Below are positions 1 through 11,500 of a DNA stretch of 64,000 nt, one piece after another. The notes under the pieces were generated by a model. It ran no database searches. It was not told the origin of the DNA and saw only the letters and a program-made list of their open reading frames with translations. The stretch spans positions 4,464,001-4,528,000 of the forward strand of contig JBLDXI010000024.1 in NCBI GenBank assembly GCA_047495785.1, written 5' to 3'. Positions within the stretch are counted from its first letter, which is position 1; every line of letters begins with the position of its first letter. The DNA comes from Lepidodermella squamata (Eukaryota; Animalia; Gastrotricha). The translations under genes and the position numbers were made by a program.

Positions 1-734
1 GAAATAGCTCCGCCAGTTTTCGAACCTGTTGGAGAACGCAACCTTGCAAAACGTAAGCCCTCATCGAACTAATATAGCGCTTTTTATTCCATGTTACAAT
101 AGTCGAACTTTCAATCCACCGCTTTTCACGATTCATTGAGACGCAAATTGCGGACGAAACCTATGAAAGAGTAACGAAACGCGAGCGTTGTTTGATGCAC
201 TGGATGGACCTGAAGTTGCATGCTTCACGACTGCGGAGAGTGATGAACCCTCCTGCTCAGCGTCAGGTTCCTGCAACCATCGACAGCTCAACGAAGATCA
301 AAGACCCTAAGCTGTTCCTACATGGCGACAAAATTGTAACGCAACGAGGTCATTTCGTTAAGAACATCGAACCACTTCCCGAGCCGATTCTTCTAGACTG
401 GTCCCGCCAGATGCAAGTTAGCAATGCCAACCCACCAGTTTTGCCGAAGCAGATATTCATGCCTCAAATCGCCAAACCGGCTGTGCCTGACATCATGTTC
501 AAGGAAAAGTATGTCACGAAAGAAAGCCCAGTAGCAAAGCCACCAGCTCCGAATCTATCACAAAAAGGACCGCAAAAAGGACCGCATGTCAGTCCGGGTC
601 AGAAATCGCTGTGGGGTATGCTCTTCCCTAATAAGAAGCAGCCTGACAGTTTGCCAGTCGGGTCAGTTCGAGGAATGTACGACCCTAAGAAACAGGGTGG
701 TCGCAGTCAGTTAAATGCATATCCAACACATTGA
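1..734 (+). CDS. 3' end of PKD1-like paralog A: end of channel exon 1-52, 50-nt intron 53-102, last exon 103-734 encoding the Pro/Lys-rich cytoplasmic tail
   Basis: The tail ([12 protein letters not shown]...[35 protein letters not shown]...NAYPTH*) is clearly homologous to the last exons of copies B, C and D. The intron position matches (AAAC|gtaagc...aatag|TCGAA). Confidence 0.9.
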
Positions 735-812
735 ATGCAGAAACTGTAAAGCGATGACAACTTGGAAACATTTGTGAGTGATTTTTTGAACCAATCATTG
801 ACGGTGCAACTG

Positions 813-818
813 AATAAA
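813..818 (+). promoter_or_regulatory. Putative polyadenylation signal AATAAA of paralog A
   Basis: AATAAA ~80 nt after the stop codon. Similar signals follow copy C (44558-44563) and copy D (61172-61177). Confidence 0.5.
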
Positions 819-1246
819 AGACGTATCAATTTCTAATAACATTTCAAGTTTTTAAATCCGAATAAGCATTGCAGCAACAGACTGTATTAATGAATTCCAC
901 GCGTGAAAACAGGAAACAGGAAACTACAGTATTAGAAATGATTTGTACCAACAAATTGTCTGATTATCTTCTGTCCAACGTCCAACAAAATGAACCTTTG
1001 CTGGGCATGAGTAATGCAAGTATCTTGAACAAAAGGCCAATCCAAGGCGCACGCTGATTGGTCATTCGACTTCCGGATGAGACATTATGGTCGTGCGAAC
1101 AAAAAGGTTTTTTGCTGCAAGCAATTTACCACCATTAATAAGGAGTTTACGCTCGTGGCCAATGGAAACCGTGCAGAGGGTATGGCAAGGTTAAACTTAC
1201 CGCAGCGGTACCACAATGAAACACATAAACATTAAAAATGCGAATA

Positions 1247-2537
1247 GTGCGACCTTGAAGCAGGCTGCCTCTCCTGTGCACCTGTTCGTTAGATATGAAT
1301 ATATGAAATGTCAAATATAGAAGAGGTGTTTGATCCTTAAATCATTCATAGTTTCCTGCATATCACACAAATTTCGATTAGTAAATGACTATATAGACTG
1401 TGTTAGTTAGTTCTCCGCATGAAAAGAGGAAACAGGAAACCATATGATTAGCAGTGATTTTGTCTTTCGAAAAACAAGAATAATGCTTTTACTTCAGGGG
1501 TTTCAGAGAGGGGGCCTCCGGCTCTCCGGCCCTCCGGCTGGCTGAAGCATCAGTGGTCGATACTCATGGAACAGAGCGCCGATATCAAGCCCCAAGATCA
1601 TCCGTCGCCTTGGTTCGATCGAGTCAGGAAACGAAAAAATCTTTGCCTCGAAGAAGCCACTCAAAGCGGTCGCCTGCCAGCTGGGTTCGCACAGAAATCA
1701 ATGCATCAACATCGCGGCGTTTGGATTGACTGCCGCATACACGAATGTCTCGACTTCTCGAATCTAAGAAGGCTGGTTTTGACCAATTATTGCAAGTTTT
1801 AGCCGATAGCCCCCATCCATTTCGAAAAAACACTTGTTTTGAAAATCGATTATTGGAATCGATATTAGTTCTACAGGCTTAACCTCAATTCGTAAAGCCA
1901 AGTGAAATAATGCGAACTTTCATTCACTAAGTTTTTCAGCATAATAGCGCATTTCTCAAACTAGTAGCAATTTACAGCAGTTTACCCATTTTAGTAGCGC
2001 ATTTATTTTCACTCGCTATGAAGCCGCTACGCGCCACGGTGAACATTGAACAGTCGGAGAGAGCAGACGGCTATCATAGACGCGCACAAACGAACCAATC
2101 AGCGCGAGCGGCCCACTTAAGTTCGGATTTTGGCTATCCTTACCTCAGATTCCCAACCGCTTAATCTGGCTTGGCTGCGCACTCGTACCCTAATATCCAC
2201 TCAAAACATTTTGCTATGATTCATAACCAAAATCCATTGAGCGAGGCCTACCAACACAAAACACTTCATCGCTTTTCTTGCGAACGGCTTCATATCAAGC
2301 CGCTTTAATACTAAATTGAGAGCTTCCCTTCGCCGCTACCGGACAAAAGAAAAATGTCGCGATTCTGTTGAGCATAGTTGAATCGTCATTGAATCGCTGA
2401 ATCATTGATTAATATTCTGCGTGATTGAAGCTGGCTGTCCGAAAAGTGCGACGTGCGACCTTGGAGGCTGCCTCGATCTCCTGCGCACCTGGTCGTTATA
2501 TTATGAGCGTAGGACAAAGAAGAGGTTTTTGATCCTT
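1247..2537. repeat. Diverged ~90-bp direct repeat pair (1247-1338 and 2453-2537)
   Basis: Both copies read gtgcgaccttg..ggctgcctc..ctcctg.gcacctg.tcgtta.at....agaagaggt.tttgatcctt. Confidence 0.55.
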
Positions 2538-4005
2538 CGAACCGACACTTCTGGCGATTTTAACATTCATTGTTTCTTTTATATCAAAATTTCTTTCATA
2601 TCGATCAGCATATAAAATGGAAGGATCTATTATGCATTAAGCTATTAAAAATTCACAATAACGCGCGAAGTGGGGCAAAAAGATTACGTACTGTCACATA
2701 CAAAACTGAACTAGTTTACAATGCCTTTCAAAACACATTTCTGCATTTCAATGAACGGAGATGAATATATAGTTATATAGTTAGATGAACAAAAGATGCT
2801 CCATGCTTAATTTGGCCTATTTCAGTTGTTTGGCATGAGTAAAAAATGGCATAATATTGGGTTGCTCGATTAAAAAGTATGAATTCAGCACATTGAATAT
2901 ATATTCTGTGGTAATCCACGCACGATAAAATCTATTTTATGAAGGAATTGAAGATCGTGAACGGTGAAAATCCTGAAGCTCAAGTTATATTTTCTAATGC
3001 GAACTTATCCCGGTAAAAAATAATATGGACTATGCCTGGCCTGACCACGTAGGAGGGGGGGGGGGGTAATATAGATATCCACGGAGAAACCGACAACGCC
3101 ATCGTGATCACCGTGGTCACTTTCATTTTCTTTCTTAGCTTTCTTTTTCGGCATGAGGCGTGCCTTGCCTTCTTCTAAGAAACCTTCCAATAGCGTTTCG
3201 AAATAATTTTGCCCAGTGCGATCTATGAACGCATGAACCTCGTGCAAGCTAGTGTCGGCGAAGCGATAACCGCTAAACGCAATTAAGGTTTACCAGCTGA
3301 AAATAACGCGGAAAACTTTTTTCATCCGACAAACAAAAATGAGACTAAAATCTGCCCACTTGCTTTCTCATATTTTATAAGAAAACTTCACGCCCATTTG
3401 TGTTCGAGTAGCCAGTCACGCACACACACTGTGTTCGAATAGCCATTGCGTGACACAAATTTGTGTCAGAATAGCCACATCCATAAGATAAAGTGACTAC
3501 TCGGATCGCGATTAATCTTTCCCCATGAAACTCTACCGGTTCAGGGGCCAAAATAGGGTGCATCCAAGTGATATGCCGCTATGGAAAAATCGAACTTGGG
3601 AAAATTGAGAAAATCGATATTTTCATTTCGGATGATTTTGGTCACATGTCGATGATTTTGCGCTATAAGGAGCCAACGAAAAAAATTCCTATCCAGAGTA
3701 CTACGCACTATAAATAGTACTACGTACACATATAGTAAGATATAGCCCATTGTATTCTGTGTGAAAAAATATATGTACTGGACAAATAATGACCGACAAA
3801 TATCTTTGATATTGCGGTCATTCTGAGGTATCTGCGCTGGGAATTCCGAGATAATCATGGCGGAAACGTTTCAGAAACTCATGGACTGAATCGTTCTTAG
3901 ACAGCTCGAGTAAAACACAGTTTAAACTCTCAACAATAAGCTTGTTTTAATCATTCTGAAACGCTTTCAATTAGTCATATCCTTTCAAGTTTCGAGGGCC
4001 TAATG

Positions 4006-5880
4006 TCACGGCGGAGGGTTAGCGTCATCAATGCTGCAGGCAGTAGGTTTGTCTGCGTCTTCTTCGTAAGCCATTATGACTGAGCGATAAGCTTCTGGAA
4101 TGGTGCCTTTGTTGACCATTTCGATGAGATCCTTCTTAAGACTGGATTCGATCGGCAATCGCTGTTCGTATTTTTGAACAAGTCGGAAAGGAAACAAAAT
4201 GACGTCTTTGTTGTAGCGCTTGGCGACGAAAGTATGAAAAGCCAAGTCAAAAGTTTTCTTGGTTCGGAGATAATTAGGGTAGTCTTTCTCGTATCTGAAC
4301 CAACATGGCTCCGACCATTTAACATCATTTTTCTGTTCGTCTTGCAAATACTGAGCGAACTTTGGTGACTTGTCAAAGCTGAAGAAGCTTGAAAATTGCA
4401 TTTCAGTTATGCTGTATGGTTTCACTTTCAAGCGGTTTGGTGTTTCCTCGCCGTACACTTCAAGTCTCAGATCAGCATCAATCGGAGCCTTCCGCGACGC
4501 GGCCACGATTTCTCTCCATTCCTTTGAATAGCTGATGTTGACTCGTTTCTTAGCTTCCCTTTCAATAGTGGTATGCACGGAATCACATTCCATTTGCGAG
4601 TGGCCCGGCTCGAAAAACTTCGTGACTTTGAGATTACCTTTGCAATTGGACAAGGCTGCGAATAAAGCGTTGACAATGCGTACTGAGATTTGTTTTGGCT
4701 TCCAGTGCTGTCGCTCGATAGAATCAACTGCTCAACTTCGTCAGGAATCATTTCAGTGATGAATTTATAGAGACATGAACCAACTTCATCCGTCCCACGA
4801 CCCCCTTCTGTTTGATCCCACATAAAAAAGTGGGCATCTTTTGATGAAGTATCGTAGAAAGTCAAGTTTGAGGTGTGGAACTTTTTTTGTACATTATCGA
4901 GCAGCAAGGGCTTTCGAGGATTGACTGCATATCAAACTGGATGCACAAGATCAATCCTTTCGACTGTTTTGCTAGAATTTTGTCAGCATTCTTGGCATCT
5001 CTTGCAGCGTCTCTGTTGGATTCGTGGTTCCGTTTCTCCACGATCACTTCATGGGTGAACAGTTCATCCGGCAAAGTCGCAAATCGTGTGCATTTCTTGC
5101 AGGTGTCCTTCTTGGGATGACTGAAAGCGAGATTGGGAAAAGATCTCTTGAATATGGATCGGTAAGTAGCGTATTTGACGGGTTTCTCATCAGTACGCAG
5201 AGTCCAGTTTTGGTGTGCTATACAGTACATTCGATGCATTTCCCTCACATTGAGCGCGGACCCGAGATATTGCTTGCTAGTTTGACTTCTCGCATAATGA
5301 CTGTCTAATCGCTCGAAAGAAGTGATGTGCTGATAAACAAATTTGTAAGCATTATCGCTGGTGGTATTCGGCGGCTTATGGCGACCACGTTGATCTGGTA
5401 TGATGTAGAAGCCGTCTTCGACTTTTTTCTCAACAGTTGTGTTTATAAAAGCGCGAGTTTCATCGAGCGCCTTCAGAAAGAAAGACCTGCATACTTCGAG
5501 TCCCTAGATTGTGAAGGCGAAGGGGTTGCCAAGTAGTTGCCTGGTAAGTAATAATCAAATCTTCGAGGACCATTCTCTCGTTTCTGTTTATAACTGACGT
5601 AACGGTTGATGAATGCTCGTCTAGCGTCGATAGATGCTCGGGACCAGTAAGTGTTAAAGCATTGTTTGACTGAATTTTCATTGAATTTTAAGGAGCATTT
5701 ACGCCAGCAACCACACTTGAAGTAAACAGGCTTACGACCGGAATTAAACTTAGGGCTAACCCCTTTATCTGACTGACGGTAGGGTTTCCCAGAGTTGCGC
5801 TTGAGTTTTTTTTCCATCGCTTGTTTGGATGGGCGGTGTCTAGAATCCACTATCCTCTCGGAGGAAACTGTTTCAGCCAA
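4006..5880 (-). pseudogene. Frameshifted Sola-type (DDD) transposase
   Basis: Successive minus-strand ORFs in different frames (5473-5880, 4862-5248, 4467-4907, 4006-4653) give CGCWRKC, HPKKDTCKKC, CIQFDMQ (D1), MWDQTEGGRGTDEVGSCL, LILSSDSTGSQNK (D2) and FFEPGHSQMECDSVH (D3). This motif order is typical of Sola-like transposases. Confidence 0.75.
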
Positions 5881-6302
5881 TTGTCGTTATCAGTCATCAG
5901 CTCAAATCGTTGTTAAAAATGAAACGTTGAATGCTTTAGTCCTAAATGTGATGACAAGCGTTATAAGTTAAAATTTCAAGGATAGAAAACAGGGGAGTTG
6001 TCGAAAGCCGAATTGCCAATCTGAGAAGTTCTGTTCTTGATCTAAGGCTGTATTACCTCAGATTTACAGCTACCGATGAAGGATTGCCCAACTAAGTAAA
6101 GATGGAAGTTAAAGTGGCCAGTAATCGGGAGTTTTAAACGATAGGTTAAAGCGATAGGTTCACTTTTTATATTGCTGTGAAAGGTATTTATCAGCCAAAA
6201 CATAAACCATGAATTCCAATAAATCACGTTAGTTTTAACTGCAGAGTTGAAACTTGGAATGGGGTTATCCCAGTCGTATAAAAGCTGACCCTAGCACGTG
6301 AG

Positions 6303-6550
6303 TAGCATGTGATCGAGCGGCCTAGGCATCTCAAAAGCACCGGGTTCAATCCCAATAACCGCAACATCAATCGCCTATGCATTGAATGCGGCGTTTATCA
6401 AGCTGACAGGAAGGTTTGACAGGAAGGGTAACACCGCCAAGTAAATCCTCCCTTGGCCGCCATTCACCGGTAATATATGGTAAAGATGTGGCTACTCAGC
6501 GGCCAATGCAATCATGGGAATAGTCGGCTCCTAAGCACTGTGACGATGAC
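6303..6550 (+). mobile_element. Possible tRNA-derived SINE remnant nested in the transposon
   Basis: A-box-like TGATCGAGCGG (6310-6320) and B-box GGTTCAATCCC (6343-6353), no full cloverleaf. The 3' boundary is a guess. Confidence 0.3.
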
Positions 6551-8513
6551 ATGCGTCTGATACCAAATGCTAAATTTTAAAAGGCAATAAAGAGTACTTC
6601 TGGTTAGATCTAATTAAGAGACTGTTTGGATTGTTCGTAAGGCTTCGACCTTCGACCGTGAGTAGATTGTAGGATTCACGCACGATCGAGAAGTCCACAG
6701 TTTCCGTCTAACTAGCTGTCAAGTTCTAGCCGACGAACTTCCCAAACCGACGAACTTGGCTTTCTATCTTTGATCAGAAGTTGTGTTGTGTTTTGTAGGT
6801 GGTTGTTTGAGGAAAAGGGCGATAGTTTCAAATTATCCAGGGGCCCAAACCACATTATCAGCTTGATAAACACCACAACAACGAAATAATGGAATATTTT
6901 CCTAACAGAGTAGCCAGCAGCCACTTTCGGAATCTCAGCCAAAACAACCTTTCTACTCTATTTTTGCTGAAACCTCAAAACAAGAGTCTAACTTTGTGGT
7001 AAGCTCAGATTTCACTAAACTCCTAAAGAATCTGATAAGAAGCCTCTATCAATCTATCGGAGATTCTAATCATTCTAGAAGAATTTTGCTGCGATTTAGA
7101 ATGGAAAACTATGGAAAAAATTCCTACTCCGTTCCATGAACAGACCGGGTCAGAATTACTAAAATCGTGGGTAATTTAAAGCATATGCTTTCAATGTCCT
7201 ACTTTCAGCAAAAATGATGCGGGAGATCTAAGAAAGAATGATGATAAAAGTGAAAAAACAAGAGAACAAAATACGCAAATATACCAGCATGTTACTGCGG
7301 AAGAATCGATCGCTCTCGTCTGAGTGCATCCTCTTGTGCATGCACCAAAATGCTATTAGCCCTCTGTATAACCATATACTCGCATATACTCCGCACAGTT
7401 TTATGGGCGTATATCTCAATGCAGCCTATTGGCCTGTTTTAGCGCAAAACCATCGATGTTTGGTTGTCGGATGAAATAAGACATTTGTGGGATAAATAAA
7501 GACACTGGTCGGATGAAAAAAGTCACACCCAAAATAACAATATTGCATGCGTTCATATTTTCAGAGAATCATCGGCTGATTTTTATCAAGTGGTTTTTCT
7601 ATAAAACTGAATGAGCCGATGCATGTCGCACTACCTGTTAAGTTTCACAGCTGGTCTCTCGGCCGTTTGCATGTATTAGCTGCGAATCTATTCGTTAGAA
7701 AAACGTCAAATAAAGAAGTTTTATTTGAACTTCGATCAAAGGACATTAATCATGACGTAGATTGTTCATAATCATTAACATTTAGTGAGCAATAACAGAT
7801 CTATATGCATTAGGTTATCAAAAATGCACGCTTTCAGGCTCGCCCAAAATTTCTTCGAGTAAATAAATTCGATGAATAAATCAGATATTCAGCGTTTGCC
7901 TTAAAATATCAGTGTGCCGGAAATAGATGCAAATAGCGTGATACATTGAATGCGCCTAATAAACTGGTGCTCAGCTTTTTTCTATCGACCATGCCGTACG
8001 ATGATGTATAATAAGCGAAGCCCGGACAAAGTTGCATTGAGTAGATGCGTTATAATAAAATAAGTACTATGTGATTTAACGATTGATAATAAGTTAGCCT
8101 ATGCTGCATTCCACCAGAAGACCGCGTTGAAAAATGCAAGGAATTATTTCAAGGGTTTTGGTTATAACGGGACAATAGGCGTATCGGTGCGCGATTCAAG
8201 ACTTGCTTAGAAGCTCGCAATAAATGATGTATATATAAAAGATTACGAATCGCGACAATTCTACGGTGGATAATGTAAAGAAACTTTCAGCTGTTTAATA
8301 ATAAAAGGGGGCAAACAATAGCCTAGGTTAACAACTGCTGTTAAGATATGCAGTAATGTAACATTGATGACAAATCTAGGTCAGAAAATTGTAGCAATCC
8401 GAACGCATTGAACGACGAAACCTTGCTTGGCAACGCAGAGGGTTCACCTAACAATTGATTAGAAATTGAGAGGCGAATGAACTCATATTTTCTGGACTAA
8501 ATTTTGTTCAATC

Positions 8514-11500
8514 ATGAATTTCCATATCATCGCTATCATATTGCTCGTTGCTGGAATTCAAGGTTTTCAGTCAAAATGCTGAACTTGAATTCAATTACTT
8601 TTCGCATTTAACAGGAGTATCCGGAACAGTCAACTGTATCACTGCCGTTAATTGCAAATACGGAGGAACTTGTGTAGCTGGAATATGCTATTGCCCCTTG
8701 CCGTGGGGTGGACAAACGTGCAACAAAGCAAGTTCGTTATGCAGTTGTTTTATTGGCCAGATTTTGACTGATAACCATGACAGCTGGGGAATTTTGCAGC
8801 ACCAACGGTGTCAACTATCCCCTATGCCAAAACGGAGGAACGTGCCCGATTCTAAATAACGGCAGTTCCACCTATGTTAATCCGCAACGTGATTGCACTT
8901 GTGCTCCTGCTAATACCGGGCGCTGGTGCGAGTCATGTTAGTTGAGCACTTTCACCTACCCATTTGTTCTAATTATTATTCACAGTCGTTTGTCCAACGC
9001 CTTGTCAAAACAACGGCGTCTGCACTGCCCAGTTAACTTGTAACTGTACAGCAGGATGGACTGGATCAGCATGCACATCACGTAATTAAAAGCTAAACAA
9101 GAGCGTTTTTACTTCGATGGCAACACGATGAGTTATTAATACAGATAGGATTTTAAGATTTTAATATTCATCAACATCTATAAATCAATTCGTAGTCATA
9201 AGCTAAGAAGTACCAGGGCCATTAGTACCTTTCGAGGGCCATAGAGCACTTTTCTTACCGGGGTTATTTCCACCACGAGACAATACAAAACACAATTTAG
9301 TGTCAATTTACTACATTACATGTGAATATCCTTTCGTTTTTTCGAATATTCATACGACATTTGAGATCAAACATTTTATAACAATGATTTTGGTTTTATC
9401 GCTAAATTATCAACTGGGAAAGTTTAAAAATTGATTCAAATCAAAGGAAGCTTTTACGGTTTTAGCCTAAAAATGACAGCGATTTCATGGCATTGAAGCA
9501 GACTACTTTATTGCCCGATAAGTTTGTCACTCTCGTATGAAAGCGGCGGCCTCAATTCGAAATAATAAAGAACAGGCCTGAAATAAGGGGCGGTCTAAAA
9601 TATTTTGTTAGCGACGCGCCAAAACAACCACTTTGATGACTTTGATCGTACTTTAAGGAGCCCAACGTAATGAAGAAGTACGTTCGGCTTTATGAACTCT
9701 TATATCTGGACCTGGCCTGTCGCATCGCACGCACGATTTTGGTGGAATTTCGCGTGTGCGACACGACAGCTTAGATTCGTCCGACAGCAGGTAAAACAAC
9801 GTCCTAGTTCGGTCCACTTCAAGCGCGCAATCGAAGGGTAACAGTGGACTTGTGCGCGAAACTTGGAGGAATTGACAACGCACTATTACTCTAAGGCGCG
9901 AAACACCACATCCAAATTTTTAACAAAAGGGTGGCCGCGCGCACTAATGTCAAAAGGCTATTTCGAAAACAATGACGGCTTTTATACCAAATTAAAACTG
10001 AAACAATTCTCTATCAAATGACTACGAATTTCTTGCTTAATAAATTTAAATAAAAAATTTGTCAGCGCCCTTAATAATCCGCGAGGTGGTGCCGTGCTGA
10101 GTGAACATAATTAAATTATCAAATTTCGATGAAAATACGCGGAGATAGGGTAACTGATGTCGAAAATAATGATTTTTCTGGTTAAAAACTTGAAAGGAAA
10201 CCAAATTTGCAAAAAAACTTGACAAGTGTCGCGCGTGGCTAATTTTTATATGAAAGGAATATGAAAGGAATATTTCATATAAAAATTAGCCGCGCGCGAC
10301 ACTGCCTCAGCGCCCGCGCGTGTCATTGTTTTGTGCGCATACGACTGTGACTATCCCTGGCTGTCGTCCGCGGTTTTGATGCGACAGAGCTGCGACAGCC
10401 GCATGCGACGGTACGACACGTGTCGTACCTGTCGCACTTAGTGAATCCACCTTAACGTTGGGCTCTTAAAGTACAATCAAAGTGGATGTTTTGGCGCATG
10501 AAAATTCTCGACATGTGATGCAAGCATGCCATTTTAGCATTTTTGCATTTCATTACGTAATCCTGTACAACCTTGAGCAGTTACAAGTTTGAACATTTCA
10601 CGCAAATAACATTTCTTCGAAAACATGAGGATCTAGTCTTGGGAATTTTACTGAATATAGATATCGCTGTGATCTAACCCCAAGGTCTTTCATTAACCAT
10701 TTCACGGCGGGAAGGCCGACTTTGAACATTCGCAGAAATTTGAATTTGATGAATTCTTGATCGCCCTTTTGGGGAATATTGCTCTTCGATGTTGGCTACA
10801 AGGTTTTGAGAACAGGACACCTTTATCTTGCACGGTCACGACATACTAGCAATTTGAAAATAGTCAACCTTCGATTGAAATTTCGATTTTTTGAACTGAA
10901 AAGGTTTCTGTTTATTTTGTGATCCAACAAAAGATATCCCGTGTCCGCCATAGTCTCATTGACCTATATGTAAATTTTTTGAGTTGGAAATTAAAAATCC
11001 ACGCGCTATTGAAATTGAATCAAACCGGCAGAATTCGTCTTATCCGCCCTGACTTATACAGGCGGAGTGCGTGCATTTTGTGCTGCAAAAACTGTCACGA
11101 GGAAAAACTGGAAAATCTGAATTCAGATCTGAATGCTGAGCCTCTAAAACTTTTTTAACTGAATTTTGTTGGTGATATAAGTTAGGGAGTAATTTAGAAC
11201 ATAAAATTCCAAAACTGAACGCATTTGACACAGAAATTAGGTTGTTTGAAAAATCACCTGAAATCAGCTGGGCGGATGGGACGATAGATAGAGGAGATTT
11301 CAAGTAGTGACAAGGAGATTTCAAAATATCGTAATCAGGGCACTCGAAAACCCCTAACACTGCTGTCAAATATTTTATCCACCGCAGATAATTAATTCCC
11401 CTATGCGAAAAATTTGATTTGATTTGATTTAAACTGGCCTGATGATTCGATTTACAGTGAAAGTTGTCTCAACCGGACTCGGGTTGCGCCAGGCCGAAAG

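Larger units (their letters stand above)
3308..7530 (-). mobile_element. DNA transposon carrying a Sola-like transposase, with imperfect TIRs and a candidate 8-bp TSD (AAAATAAC)
   Basis: ACTTTTTTCATCCGAC (3315-3330) is the exact reverse complement of 7508-7523. AAAATAAC flanks both ends (3300-3307 and 7531-7538) at the same distance from that core. Further diverged inverted similarity links ~3650-3775 and ~7385-7457. The transposase remnant lies inside. Confidence 0.55.

Noticed and set aside
3005-3247. 80-aa minus-strand ORF with a KKKAKK stretch beside a G13 run
   Set aside because: Short and without a recognisable domain; it may be a TE fragment but that cannot be supported.
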